Assembly: GCA_965242965.1 (NCBI GenBank)
Contig: OZ251518.1
Span: 2,169,838 to 2,233,837 of the forward strand
Length of the DNA stretch: 64,000 nucleotides
DNA from: Candidatus Poribacteria bacterium
GTDB taxonomy: Bacteria; Poribacteria; WGA-4E; WGA-3G
Reading direction: 5' to 3'
The notes beneath the pieces were generated by a model. It was not told the DNA's origin and ran no database searches. It was given only the letters and a program-made list of their open reading frames with translations. The position numbers and the translations under genes are program-made. Shown piece after piece: positions 47,578-57,974 of the stretch (positions are counted from its first letter, which is position 1; every line of letters begins with the position of its first letter).

Positions 47578-50500
47578 TTACTCCCGCTGCTTCAATTCAC
47601 CAAACGTCGTCAACATCCGATTTGCCGCAGAGACAGGACCGCGCAACATACGCAACGCCAAGGTCTCTCGCTTACCACCCAATGAGACCTCTTCGATCTG
47701 GTAGTAATACTCGACTCCCGGCTTCGCAGATGTATCGGTGAACGTGTAAGTTTGACGCTCGCCTGTCGTGCCGGCACCGGCGATTAAGACAGGATTCAGC
47801 AACGTGAAACCACTATCGCGTTTCAAGCTGCGACGCAGATTAAATCCAGCGTTGTCTACCTCAGATTCGGTTGTCCATGTGACGACAACCGGACCGGCAT
47901 CGGTACGCGTCACGGTGAAACTTGATAATTCCACCGGCAAGGCACCGCCTTGACGATACCCTGGTGTCCCGATGTCATCGGCATGGCCATAGTGCAGCGA
48001 TTCAACTTTAAATTGCTGGAAATACGCCGCAAAAGCCCACCCGGAACGTCTTGTCCCCTTCTCCGCCACGCCTTTCACATAGCGACGGACAAGCGAACTC
48101 CGCGCATCTTCCAAACCGCGCACCGGCACCGCCCACGACGGCGCATCATCGGTACGACGATTGCCATCGGTGTTACCGACCTCGTCTACCAAATTCCCAT
48201 TTCTATCGGTGAGTTTCAGATAGAACGCATCGGTGCTCAAGAACGTATCCCGCGCGGTTTTAATGCGCAGATTCTTCTCGTGCAAGTCAAGCAGGTTGTA
48301 AACCCTATCTGCAGGGAAAACACCCGCCGATGAAGCGCGCGCAGCCCCTGCCACTATCAACAGCGTCTGATTCGGCTGAATCACCTTCTCCTGCAATGTC
48401 AACGTGACAATCGGGCGGCCGACGAGGTCTTCGGAATTTTCATTCTGAATCTCCAACCTCCAGCGATTCAGATTCAGTGCCTCCGTTTTAGACGCGTTGT
48501 AGAGCTCTATCCACTGCGGCAGCGTGCCACCACCCGAATCCAACATGAGTTCGCTAATGGTGACTGCACCCTTCGGCGTAGATGCCTCCGTTTTCACCGC
48601 GCCATTCGGATAGCCCGGCGTGCCAGATGTCGCCGGAGACTGCGTCACCTTCCTGTCATAGCCGATACCGGTGAAGGCGGCTTCCGCCCACGCATCTTTA
48701 TGATACCCGACGATATCCGCTTTCGCGCGCTGCCAGACCTTGCCGGAACTGAGCGCATCCTCGGTATCTCCACTGGGTGCCTCCAGCACTTGCAAGGGCC
48801 AGACATGCGTATCATACAGCCCTTCCTGCTCGCGGACAAACGCATCGGTATCACTGCCGCCGCCCCCGGCGACATCCACGAACGCTTCGTCCAAACCGAG
48901 TTTGTCTTTCGCATTGCGGAGAATGAGGAGGAATTTCCCATCATCGGGCAGCGAGAGACCTGCGTCCACTAAAGAGGCATGCGATAACCCCTTATTTTCC
49001 CCGCCTGCGAGTAGTGTTTTGTCCGGTTCACTGTTCGTTATCAGCAACAGCCCGTTCGCCGGCACACTCACATCGGGAAACATAATGAGCGATGTATCCT
49101 CTTTTTTGCCATCGGCGACAACAGAGAGCTCCCAGTCTTTGAGAGAGACATCCGAAACGTCGACATTGCGGAGCTCTATCCAGTCGTTCGCATCCCCACT
49201 GCCATTGCCGAGCTCGTTGAAAACGATGGGCTCGCGAGGCACATCAGAGGCTGGCGACTTCGGATCTGACGTTTCCGGCAGGTAAATCACCGACAACACC
49301 GGTGTATCCGAGAGATCGAACGTCGGAGGTTCCTGCCGCGTTGTTGGAAACGTCAGCGTGTCTTCTCGCGTTGTCTTTGGCGGCAGCCTGTCCACCGGTG
49401 CTCCCGGCTCTATAGCCGGCGTGGCCTGACCTAACAATTCGTTGCCATCGCCATCGACTACCCGTGTCCCCTGCGGAATCAATATGCCGCTGGTATCCAG
49501 TGACACCGATGTCGCAAAATCACCCGCTTGGATAGGATACGCAAACGGCACGATCGTTGAACCCCCGCGCTCCGAACCTCTTTGCCACGTCGCGTGCCGC
49601 GCATTCGCCAAAACGCGCTCGCCTAAATAGATGACGACATACGGCGGATTGTCTCCTTCGTAAGTGACACCCTTCTCGTCAAACGACACCTCCACAATCA
49701 ACTCATCTTCTGCGGTGTAAGCCTCTGCCTCCGACTCGACAATCTTTGGCGTTTCAGTGACACGCGGCGGCACCGTGTCAACTGTCACAACTAATGCCTC
49801 CGTGGCGGCGGCGTTCGAGAGATATTCTGGGACTGCTACCGTATCATCAACTGCCGCTGCCTCCTTGACTGCCCCTGCTTCAAGCGTGATGTGCACCTTG
49901 CCATCAAAATTGAAGGCAGGCGTGATAACAGCACTGACGGTAGCACTCGGCGATGTCGGTTGAGAGACAGCCACATCCCAATTCAACGCCGTTCCATCCG
50001 CCTGCGTGATGCTGATTTTCCCCGTGTCAAACGGCGATACGACATCGCGGCCAAAAGTAAATTCAACCGCAAAATCCTCAATCACCAAGCCTGTTTCGCC
50101 TCCCCGACGCGCTACCTGCACCGTCGGTGGTGTCACCACGGGAACGGTGAACGTATTCGATGCCAAGTTGCCGTTCCTCGCCAGATCTTGCGCGACACCC
50201 TCTGGCAGCTGAACGGTGACCTCGCCCCTAAAATTGAGCGGCGGCGTGAACGTGGCACGGTGGACCTCACTCTGGAACGTATGGTGAAGAGCATCATCGT
50301 CAATCCCTTTGTAATTAAAGCCGAGCAACTTCGTTTCAACGCTCCATCCATCGCCGAGAGCCTTGGCAATTGCATCGGTATCAATGCTTTCTTCTGGTAT
50401 GTGCTCCGGCACCCCTCGGGCACTGGTATTATTCCAAAAGTGCATATCCACATCAAAGGGACCCGTTACCGTGCCGGTTTCACCGGCAGCACGTCCAATC

Positions 50501-52068
50501 TCCACATTCGCCCGGATGGTATCTATCATGTGGCTAAACCCGCCGCTCCAATTCTCAGGAGGTTGGCGATTACGGAACTTGGTCGTAACGGCATGCCCGT
50601 CAAAGGCATTGCCACCAGCGTCGGTGATTTCATACACTATATTCCACTGCTGGATCATCGAAGGGACAAACTGCCGAGTATCCAACATGCCATCCGATTG
50701 GAGACGGTTCAAACTTGCAAAGGGATGGAAAATCTCGATGCCACCGGTGCCGTAAGCCCAATCTCCCTCCTTCACCACGTACTCAAACGTTAACTTGTTG
50801 TCCGCATCACTCCTCACTGCCATCCGCGTGCCACTGCTCCCGGGCACCACACCGAAAGAGACCGGTTGCGGTGTGCCGACGAGCGTTGCATATTCGGCAG
50901 CATCATTCCCGGAGTGAAGTTTAATCTTCAATTTCGTTTCCGGATTGGCATAGACAGTTTTTGAAAACTTTATCTGAAACCGAATCGTCTCGCCCACGCC
51001 GTAAATACCTAGTGGACGCAGCTGTAATCCCGCCGGGGAAGCGAGGCCGCCCTCAGTAGTGATACATCCCGCAGTTACTAGCAGTTGCTCCAGCTGCTGC
51101 TGACCCTGAGACGTTCTTAAATCAGGCCGGCCCGCATTGTGCCATTCGTAGAAACAGGTCTCATAAAACGCGGCAAAGCGGCTATCCTCATCTGTCCCCT
51201 GTGGCGTGCTCGTAATCGTATACGGGCTGTTTCTGTCCTGGACCCAACGCGATCCTTCCGGCAAGTTGAAGGCATCGTTCAGGGCTCCGTTGATTCTATA
51301 AGGCTCGTCCCAACCGCTAAACGGGGGATCGAAAGTTGGCCGGGACAGCGTCGGCCGGCGACCATCTATCCTGGGGTAGTCAAGTGTGCCTGTAAACGTC
51401 AGCGTGTCTGAATTGACTGCAGTACCGCCCGCGCGATTAAGCTGCCCTCCCGTCAACGGCGTAGTATTGAACCAGCCGCCATCAAGGTCCAAGTCACCGG
51501 TTCTCACCTTATAGTTGTAGATGACGGTATACTCGGTGAACTCGGTGCGGCCTTGTAAATGATCACCGTTAAAGTAGTGGTTGTGGTATTGCGTACCGGA
51601 AACAGGACCTCCAGCATCCCAAGATATATCCAGGTGCGTCCGAAACCAAAAGGTATTCACAGGTCCGACACGAATTGCAATCGCGAGGATATCCCCCGCT
51701 ATAAGGGGAGGAGTCGCCGACGTTATAGGAATACCGCCGACAGGGGTGCCGGTGCTATCAAGAGGAACGTAGCCGTTAATGACACCTTGGCTCGCCTTCC
51801 AGTAGTTAGTGCCCGGCCCTCCGTAACCGCCATAGTTACTGGGCTTAAAATCTGCTGGCGGCCAAACACCGGAAACCGTTTGGCGTTGTCCAGTATTGTC
51901 CGTCGCCTTCGCCTTAAGCGCGCTCTCCGGAATTAGGTAAAACTCAATCCCTTTGATTTCGGGTGCCTGTGCCTCGGCTACCTCCGGGACAGCGAGCCCG
52001 AAGCCAACCCCCGCGAGCATCAAGAAGATGAAAAATCTCGCTTGCAAAAAAAGCCATTTCTTCTGCAT
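47578..52068 (-). CDS. giant secreted protein (1496 aa) with signal peptide, two lamin-tail domains and a C-terminal beta-sandwich sorting-type domain
   Basis: N-terminal hydrophobic signal. LTD-like segments PIVFNELGNGSGDANDWIELRN and VTISELMLDSGGGTLPQWIELYN. C-terminus VELSSFTVTRTDAGPVVVTWTTESEVDNAGFNLRR...YYYQIEEVSLGG. RBS GGAGG precedes the ATG at 52068. Confidence 0.8.
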   Translation of the reverse strand: MQKKWLFLQARFFIFLMLAGVGFGLAVPEVAEAQAPEIKGIEFYLIPESALKAKATDNTGQRQTVSGVWPPADFKPSNYGGYGGPGTNYWKASQGVINGYVPLDSTGTPVGGIPITSATPPLIAGDILAIAIRVGPVNTFWFRTHLDISWDAGGPVSGTQYHNHYFNGDHLQGRTEFTEYTVIYNYKVRTGDLDLDGGWFNTTPLTGGQLNRAGGTAVNSDTLTFTGTLDYPRIDGRRPTLSRPTFDPPFSGWDEPYRINGALNDAFNLPEGSRWVQDRNSPYTITSTPQGTDEDSRFAAFYETCFYEWHNAGRPDLRTSQGQQQLEQLLVTAGCITTEGGLASPAGLQLRPLGIYGVGETIRFQIKFSKTVYANPETKLKIKLHSGNDAAEYATLVGTPQPVSFGVVPGSSGTRMAVRSDADNKLTFEYVVKEGDWAYGTGGIEIFHPFASLNRLQSDGMLDTRQFVPSMIQQWNIVYEITDAGGNAFDGHAVTTKFRNRQPPENWSGGFSHMIDTIRANVEIGRAAGETGTVTGPFDVDMHFWNNTSARGVPEHIPEESIDTDAIAKALGDGWSVETKLLGFNYKGIDDDALHHTFQSEVHRATFTPPLNFRGEVTVQLPEGVAQDLARNGNLASNTFTVPVVTPPTVQVARRGGETGLVIEDFAVEFTFGRDVVSPFDTGKISITQADGTALNWDVAVSQPTSPSATVSAVITPAFNFDGKVHITLEAGAVKEAAAVDDTVAVPEYLSNAAATEALVVTVDTVPPRVTETPKIVESEAEAYTAEDELIVEVSFDEKGVTYEGDNPPYVVIYLGERVLANARHATWQRGSERGGSTIVPFAYPIQAGDFATSVSLDTSGILIPQGTRVVDGDGNELLGQATPAIEPGAPVDRLPPKTTREDTLTFPTTRQEPPTFDLSDTPVLSVIYLPETSDPKSPASDVPREPIVFNELGNGSGDANDWIELRNVDVSDVSLKDWELSVVADGKKEDTSLIMFPDVSVPANGLLLITNSEPDKTLLAGGENKGLSHASLVDAGLSLPDDGKFLLILRNAKDKLGLDEAFVDVAGGGGSDTDAFVREQEGLYDTHVWPLQVLEAPSGDTEDALSSGKVWQRAKADIVGYHKDAWAEAAFTGIGYDRKVTQSPATSGTPGYPNGAVKTEASTPKGAVTISELMLDSGGGTLPQWIELYNASKTEALNLNRWRLEIQNENSEDLVGRPIVTLTLQEKVIQPNQTLLIVAGAARASSAGVFPADRVYNLLDLHEKNLRIKTARDTFLSTDAFYLKLTDRNGNLVDEVGNTDGNRRTDDAPSWAVPVRGLEDARSSLVRRYVKGVAEKGTRRSGWAFAAYFQQFKVESLHYGHADDIGTPGYRQGGALPVELSSFTVTRTDAGPVVVTWTTESEVDNAGFNLRRSLKRDSGFTLLNPVLIAGAGTTGERQTYTFTDTSAKPGVEYYYQIEEVSLGGKRETLALRMLRGPVSAANRMLTTFGELKQRE

Positions 52069-52745
52069 TGAAAATTCCTCCTTAAAAATAGAATTAAATT
52101 GATAGGGGTAGTTGCCACTTTTGCGGCGGCTCTCCCCATTGTTCTTAAGGTATCAGGGCATCTTTCTGAGTGGTGCTTGGAAAGATGCGTGTGTTCTGAA
52201 AGGCTAGCGATGAACGTGTGTGGGCGCGGTGGAACGCGAAAAGCCCCTCGGGGCTGTCCCCAAGAGGTAAGACCTCCTGGGCGCGAGGGGAGCCGAGGGG
52301 CAAAGCGAGAGTCGCGCGTGAGCCGCGCGCGTGCAAAACACGGGTAGGCGCGCTTTAGCGGCGCGCAAGTTTTCATCGTATGGCCATTCAGAGATAGGAT
52401 ATTTTGCCCCGGGGATGGGGCGGAAGTGTCCCCCCGGTTCGCCTTCCCGTCGAGAGCCGTAGTGGTTAACGGCTGTATATGAAGGGGGGGGGTCTTTCGG
52501 TCTGTGCGGTGTCAACGGAGCGCGTGAACGTGCGTGCGGCATGCGGCCGCGCGTTCAGGGCTGTCTGCAGTTGGATTTCGCCATGTATAGCAAAGCGTTT
52601 CGTCACTTGCATAGGATTCTCCATTGCGTTTCGTTGAAAACTCGCACCAAATCAACAATCAGGACGCAAATGCCATCATTTTCCATCGGCAGGCGCAACT
52701 TCAAATCGCGCCTGCAGGCGTATCAATTCTGCGTCCATTGTATAT

Positions 52746-52774
52746 AGTATACCACATTTTCAAACGTTTGTCAA
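52746..52774 (-). promoter_or_regulatory. near-consensus sigma70 promoter ~680 nt upstream of the giant gene
   Basis: Minus strand reads TTGACA (52774..52769), a 17-nt spacer, then TATACT (52751..52746) with an upstream TG. It lies in an AT-rich island at the far end of the 52069..52850 noncoding region. Confidence 0.5.
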
Positions 52775-52849
52775 ATTTTTTTGTAAAAAAAGTGATATTT
52801 TTTGGATATTCGCGAAAAAATCCTATAAATCCTATAATTTTGTCTATGG

Positions 52850-53760
52850 CGTATCGGGACAAGGATGTCCCTCCTACCCAAACGCATATCGGGACAAGGA
52901 TGTCCCTCCTACCCAAACCCGTAGGAGAGACCTCCCGGTCTCGATGCAACTTTCGGTAGGAGACCGTAGTTCGGGAGCGCCTGATCCCGAACGGCGCATG
53001 GCGAGGAGAACCCCTTCCGGGCCCGTAGCGCGGGGGTCTGTCCCCCGCGATCGCCCGCGTGCCCCAGAGACTGTAGTTCGGGAGCACCTGCTCCCGAACG
53101 GGTCAAGAGCAGGCACTCTTGACCTACAGAGGTGATGCGCGCACGCGTGCCCGAGGGCACGGCGAGGGACAGGCCCTCGCCCTACGGTAAACGGCACGTT
53201 TTTTCACCGTAGCGCGGGGGCCTGTCCCCCGCGATCGCTCGATCTGCGCGAAAAACGCACGCAGACTAAGGGCGTTTTCCCGACCGAGGCATGGCGAGGG
53301 ACAGGCCCTCGCCCTACGGTATGCGTGGCGTTTTTTTCACCGTAGGGCGGGGGCCTGTCCCCCGCGATCGTTCGCGTGCCCCAGAGACCGTAGTTCGGGA
53401 GCACCTGCTCCCGAACGGGTCAAGAGCAGGCGCTCTTGCCCTACAGAGGGGATGCGCGCACGCGGGCCCGACGGCACGGCGAGGGACAGGCCCTCGCCCT
53501 ACGGTGAAAGGAGACGGCCTTGCATACCGTAGCGCGGGGGCCCTCGCCTGCCACACGCGCAGGCGAGCGGGTTTCCCCCGCGATTGCCAGACCCGCGCGA
53601 AAAACGCACGCCAGCCAAAGCCGTTTTCCCGACCGTTGCATGGCGAGGGACAGGCCCTCGCCCTACGGTAAGCGGCACGTTTTTTCACCGTAGCGCGGGG
53701 GCCTGCCCCCCCGCGGTGGATACCGCATCCTCAGATGCTATAATCTTGTAAATCCTATAA
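52850..53760. repeat. ~0.9-kb intergenic block of family A, B, C and D repeat units
   Basis: Multiple ACCGTAGCGCGGGGGCCTGTCCCCCGCGATCG and GGCGAGGGACAGGCCCTCGCCCTACGGT units, two family-D dumbbells (53060..53140, 53385..53450), family C at 52855..52915 and family F at 53735..53790. Confidence 0.8.
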
Positions 53761-53838
53761 TCTTGCAAATCCTGATTCAGACAATTGGGCGCACGGAGGA
53801 CAGGCGGAGATACAAATCCATCTTTCCCGACAATACGC

Positions 53839-53867
53839 TTGACTTAAAATACGTTTTTTTATACAAT
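53839..53867 (+). promoter_or_regulatory. sigma70-type promoter of the LamG gene
   Basis: TTGACT (53839..53844), 17-nt spacer, TACAAT (53862..53867). AAGGAGG RBS before the ATG at 53977. Confidence 0.5.
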
Positions 53868-53976
53868 AGACTCAAATTCGCCGAACACCGTAGAGCGAGG
53901 ATCTCAAAGTCACTAGTTTCAGAGGGTTTCCCTCGCAAAGTTTCCGCCATTTGATAGCAAAAAGGAGGAACTAAAC

Positions 53977-54762
53977 ATGCGACCTCTTAATATAATTTGG
54001 CTGAATATAATTTGGCTCTGCCTACTTTTCGCGAGTATGCCTGCATCAGCGGCAGTTGATGAAAACACCGTCGCTGTCTGGCTATTTGAGGAAGGAGGCG
54101 GCAAAGTCGTGAAAGATGCTTCCGGCAACGGACACGATGCCAAATTCGCCGGCAGCCCGAAATGGGTAAAGGCGAAATTCGGCACAGGGTTAGAATTCCC
54201 CGGTGATGCCGGCGGCTACCTCATCGTGGAGTCTACCAAAAAACTGGAATTGGAGACGCTCACGGTGGAAGCCTGGGTGAAAGTCAAGAAGGCTACCGGC
54301 AAATGGCAAGGCATCATCTGCAAACAGCAAGCCGGTTGCACGAACCGAAATTACGGCATCTGGGTGAACGTCAACACCAACGTCTTGCACGCGCAAATCG
54401 GCGCGAACGGCGCGTGCGCGTTTAGCATCGATGGCACGACTACCATCACCGATGACGATTGGCACCACCTCGCCTTCACCTACGATGGAGATATGGGGCG
54501 CGTTTACGTCGACGGTAACCTAGAAACCGAGGCACCTAACGCCGCCACTTTTCAGAGCGGCGATCCGATTACCATCGGCGTACCGAATGTTGACAACGCC
54601 AACGGACTGATGGGTATCATCGAAGAAGCGCGCATTTCCAACGTCGCGCGCACCGAAGAAGAAATTCAGGAAGCGATGGATGTCGGCTTAGCGCAGATAC
54701 TCAGCGTTGAACCGGGCGGCAAACTCGCCACACGCTGGGCATATCTGAAAATGACACGCTGA
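53977..54762 (+). CDS. secreted LamG-domain (concanavalin A-like lectin/glucanase) protein
   Basis: Signal peptide. WHHLAFTYDGDMGRVYVDG and VDENTVAVWLFEEGGGKVVKDASGNGHDAKF are typical of Laminin_G_3 proteins. Confidence 0.7.
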   Translation: MRPLNIIWLNIIWLCLLFASMPASAAVDENTVAVWLFEEGGGKVVKDASGNGHDAKFAGSPKWVKAKFGTGLEFPGDAGGYLIVESTKKLELETLTVEAWVKVKKATGKWQGIICKQQAGCTNRNYGIWVNVNTNVLHAQIGANGACAFSIDGTTTITDDDWHHLAFTYDGDMGRVYVDGNLETEAPNAATFQSGDPITIGVPNVDNANGLMGIIEEARISNVARTEEEIQEAMDVGLAQILSVEPGGKLATRWAYLKMTR

Positions 54763-55247
54763 CTCCCGCCTCGCGAGGGCCTGTCCCTCGCGAACGTGAC
54801 ATGCTCAATACCGTAGCGCGAGGGCCTGTCCCTCGCGATCGCTAGTTTTTTGTAGTTCGGGAGCGCCTGCTCCCGAACGGGTCAGGATCAGGCGATCCTG
54901 ACCTACAGAGGTGAGGAGGTCTGACGGCCAAACGCATGGCGAGGGACAGGTTTTCCCACCGCCCTACGTGAAGGGATGGCGTTTTTTTCACCGTAGCGCG
55001 AGGGCCTGTCCCTCGCGATCGTTAGTTCTTTGTAGTTCGGGAGCGCCTGCTCCCGAACGGGTCAGGATCGTTTGGCAAATATGCCAGAACTTCAGACGAT
55101 CCTGCCCTACAGGGGTGAGGCGGTCTGCCAGCAAAACGCATGGCGAGGGACAGGCCCCCGCCCTACGTGAAGGGGTGACGTTTTTTACCGTAGCGCGAGG
55201 GCCTGTCCCTCGCGATCGTGAACTGATAAACAATAAGGAGAAATCCA

Positions 55248-56462
55248 TTGAAAAAAATAACTTACACGTGCCTACTGCTTTTATGCATCACCCCGTTCGC
55301 CTTCGGACAAGGCTTGCCGATGGCGGTGCCGGAGGAACTCGGCATTTCAACCGAACGCCTCCAACGCATCAAACCCGCCATGCAAGAATACGTCGATGAA
55401 GGCCACGCGCCCGGTTTCTTAACTGCCATCGCGCGGCACGGGAAAATCGTGCATTTTGAAACCGTCGGCCTGCGCGATATCGAAAATAGCAAACCCGTAG
55501 AACCGGATACAATCTTCCGCATCTACTCCATGTCAAAACCAATAACCAGTGTCGCCGCGATGATGCTCTACGAGGAAGGACGCTTCCAATTGGATACGCC
55601 GGTTGCCGAATTCATCCCCGAATTTGAGAACATGAAGGCATACAACGAAGACCAGACGGAAATCAGGGATGCCGAGAAACCGATAACCGTCAAGCATCTC
55701 CTGACGCACACCGCCGGGTTCACTTACGGCTGGGGCAACAAACCCGTTGACAAACTCTACGGGCAAGCGTCACTTCTTAAGTCTAGCAAAAACTTAACCG
55801 AGATGGTGCAAAATTTGGCACAAATCCCGCTCGTTCACGAACCCGGTGAAGAGTGGACTTACGGGGTCTCCACCGATGTGCTCGGTTATCTCGTTGAAGT
55901 CGCCGCCGAAATGCCGTTTGAGGAGTTCTTACAGACGCGGATTTTTCAGCCCCTCGGCATGGTAGACACCGGGTTTTCCGTGCCATCGGAAAAGACGCAC
56001 AGGTTTGCGGCGTTGTATCGGTTCTCGAAAGAGGAGGGAATGAAACTAGGGCAGGCATCCCCTCTCACAAACGAGGAACTCAGTTTCTTCCCAGCGGGTG
56101 GTAGCGGACTTGTCTCCACCACGGCGGATTACCTGCGCTTTTCCCAAATGCTCCTTAACGGCGGCGAGTTGGACGGGGTGCGCATCTTAAGCAAAGAAAC
56201 GGTGGAACTGATGCGGCAGCCACATCATCGATGGGGAAAAGGCGGCGGGTTCGGGCTCGGCTTTTCTGTCGTCATGGAGGTGAATCTGGAGAAGAGTCCC
56301 GTATCGGTGGGGAGTTTCAGTTGGGGTGGTGCCGCGGCGACTACCTTCTGGATCGATCCGGAAAAGGAGCTCATCGGCGTGTTGATGACGCAGCTGATGA
56401 ATAATCCTCATCCTTTCCAGCATGAATTTAAGGTGTTGACGTATGAGGCTTTGATGGATTGA
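55248..56462 (+). CDS. serine hydrolase, beta-lactamase/transpeptidase-like (class C/esterase family), secreted
   Basis: Signal peptide MKKITYTCLLLLCITPFAFG; S-x-x-K active site in FRIYSMSKPITS; HLLTHTAGF downstream. Confidence 0.8.
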   Translation: MKKITYTCLLLLCITPFAFGQGLPMAVPEELGISTERLQRIKPAMQEYVDEGHAPGFLTAIARHGKIVHFETVGLRDIENSKPVEPDTIFRIYSMSKPITSVAAMMLYEEGRFQLDTPVAEFIPEFENMKAYNEDQTEIRDAEKPITVKHLLTHTAGFTYGWGNKPVDKLYGQASLLKSSKNLTEMVQNLAQIPLVHEPGEEWTYGVSTDVLGYLVEVAAEMPFEEFLQTRIFQPLGMVDTGFSVPSEKTHRFAALYRFSKEEGMKLGQASPLTNEELSFFPAGGSGLVSTTADYLRFSQMLLNGGELDGVRILSKETVELMRQPHHRWGKGGGFGLGFSVVMEVNLEKSPVSVGSFSWGGAAATTFWIDPEKELIGVLMTQLMNNPHPFQHEFKVLTYEALMD

Positions 56463-56733
56463 AGGGGCATTACCGTAACCGAGGCCTGGCGAGGGACAGG
56501 CCCTCGCCCTACGCGGAGGAGCGGCACTATCCCTTACCGTAGCGCGGGGGCCTGTCCCCCGCGGTGCTACGATGGACCCAGCCCCCTCTGTAGTTCGGGA
56601 TCGCCCGATCCCGAACGGGGCAGGATCAGGCGATCCTGCCCTACAGAGGGGATGCGGTCTGCCAGCCAAACGCCCGGCGAGGGACAGGCCCTCGCCCTAC
56701 GGATTGAAGAAGCACTGCCCCGCGAAACTTCCC

Positions 56734-56762
56734 TTGACTTAAAATCCGCTATCAAATAAAAT
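56734..56762 (+). promoter_or_regulatory. sigma70-type promoter of the second serine hydrolase gene
   Basis: TTGACT (56734..56739), 17-nt spacer, TAAAAT (56757..56762). It shares CCTTGACTTAAAAT with the LamG promoter. AGGAGG RBS. Confidence 0.45.
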
Positions 56763-56795
56763 AAACGCATACAGACCAAAACATTAGGAGGCACC

Positions 56796-57974
56796 ATGAC
56801 AATATGCCACGGACTCCCGCGCGCCATTCCCGAAGAAGTAGGAATGTCAGCAGCGCGGTTAAAACGCATCGCCCCGGTGATGCAACGCCACATCGACGAA
56901 GGAACCATCTCCGGCGCGTTAACCATGATAGCGCGCGAAGGAAAACTCGTCCATTTTGAGAAACTCGGCATGCGCGACATCGCCGCAGCGAAACCGATGG
57001 AATTTGATACCATCTTCCGCATCTATTCCATGACGAAGCCGATTACCAGCGTCGCCGTGATGATGCTTTACGAAGAAGGGCATTTCCAACTGAACGCGCC
57101 GATATCCGAATTCATTCCCGCCTTCAAAGACATGAAGGTTTACAGCGAAGATCAGACGGAAATTGTCGATGCTGAGCCCGAGATGACGATAAAGCATCTG
57201 CTCACGCATACCGCCGGGCTCATCTACGGCGGTGATAGTGGTAGCCCGATTGATCTGGCGTATCAAGACGCGAATTTCTTCGATGCAACGCTTGAATCAA
57301 TGGCGCAGAGACTGGGAGCCATTCCGCTGCTGCACCACCCCGGTGCGGCATGGACTTACGGCATGTCCACCGATGTGCTAGGATACCTTGTGGAAGTCGT
57401 GTCCGGGATGCCGTTTGAAACCTTCTTGCAGACGCGCATTTTCGAGCCGATGGGAATGGTAGACACCGGCTTCTCTGTGCCAGAAGAAAACGCAGACCGG
57501 TATGCCACACTCTATGAACAAACTGAAAACGGCGGCATTCAGGTGGTAGAGCAAGCACCGGTTTCAACGGGTCCGCTGAGTTTCCCGCCATCAGGTGGTG
57601 GAGGACTTCAGTCAACCGCCGCCGATTACCTGCGCTTCTGCCAGATGTTGCTCAACAACGGCGAACTTGACGGCGAACGCCTCCTCGGTTCAAAGACGGT
57701 GGAGCTCATGCGGATAAATCATGTTGACGATGCTTGGCAGCCGTTGGAGAGAGAGGGGTGCGGTTTCGGGCTTGGGTTCGCGGTCGTCACAGACCTGGCG
57801 GAGACACATGCCCTCGGTTCGGAAGGCACTTTTAGTTGGGGCGGTTTGGCACGGACAACGTTTTGGATCGATCCGGTGGAAGAGCTCATCGCCGTATTCA
57901 TGACGCAGCTCCTCGGCGATGCGCAGTTCCACGCGCAGTTCCGGGTGCTGACGTATCAGGCGATTATTGATTAA
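56796..57974 (+). CDS. serine hydrolase, beta-lactamase-like, paralog (~60% identity) of 55248..56462
   Basis: FRIYSMTKPITSVAVMMLYEEG (SxxK) and HLLTHTAGL. Confidence 0.8.
   Translation: MTICHGLPRAIPEEVGMSAARLKRIAPVMQRHIDEGTISGALTMIAREGKLVHFEKLGMRDIAAAKPMEFDTIFRIYSMTKPITSVAVMMLYEEGHFQLNAPISEFIPAFKDMKVYSEDQTEIVDAEPEMTIKHLLTHTAGLIYGGDSGSPIDLAYQDANFFDATLESMAQRLGAIPLLHHPGAAWTYGMSTDVLGYLVEVVSGMPFETFLQTRIFEPMGMVDTGFSVPEENADRYATLYEQTENGGIQVVEQAPVSTGPLSFPPSGGGGLQSTAADYLRFCQMLLNNGELDGERLLGSKTVELMRINHVDDAWQPLEREGCGFGLGFAVVTDLAETHALGSEGTFSWGGLARTTFWIDPVEELIAVFMTQLLGDAQFHAQFRVLTYQAIID

Noticed and set aside
49891-50793. 300-aa plus-strand ORF inside the giant gene
   Set aside because: It is antisense to the 1496-aa LTD protein. 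Other antisense artefacts of the same kind: 16130..16597, 58577..59137, 35944..36474, 8702..9109, 14817..15161 and 40273..41019.
52204-52542. 112-aa and 118-aa minus-strand ORFs upstream of, or overlapping, the giant-gene start (52020..52376, 52204..52542)
   Set aside because: They are Pro/Arg-rich with no RBS, one overlaps the real start codon, and the composition is typical of GC-rich noncoding DNA.
52100-52545. Known ncRNA (cobalamin riboswitch via GCCACTT, tmRNA, RNase P, c-di-GMP riboswitch) in the giant-gene leader
   Set aside because: The GCCAC match is on the wrong strand and lacks the rest of the B12 box. There is no tag-peptide reading frame ending in a stop and no RNase P P4 consensus. 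There are no GEMM GGCAAACC or GGACGCAAAGC elements. The region is kept only as an unexplained structured leader.
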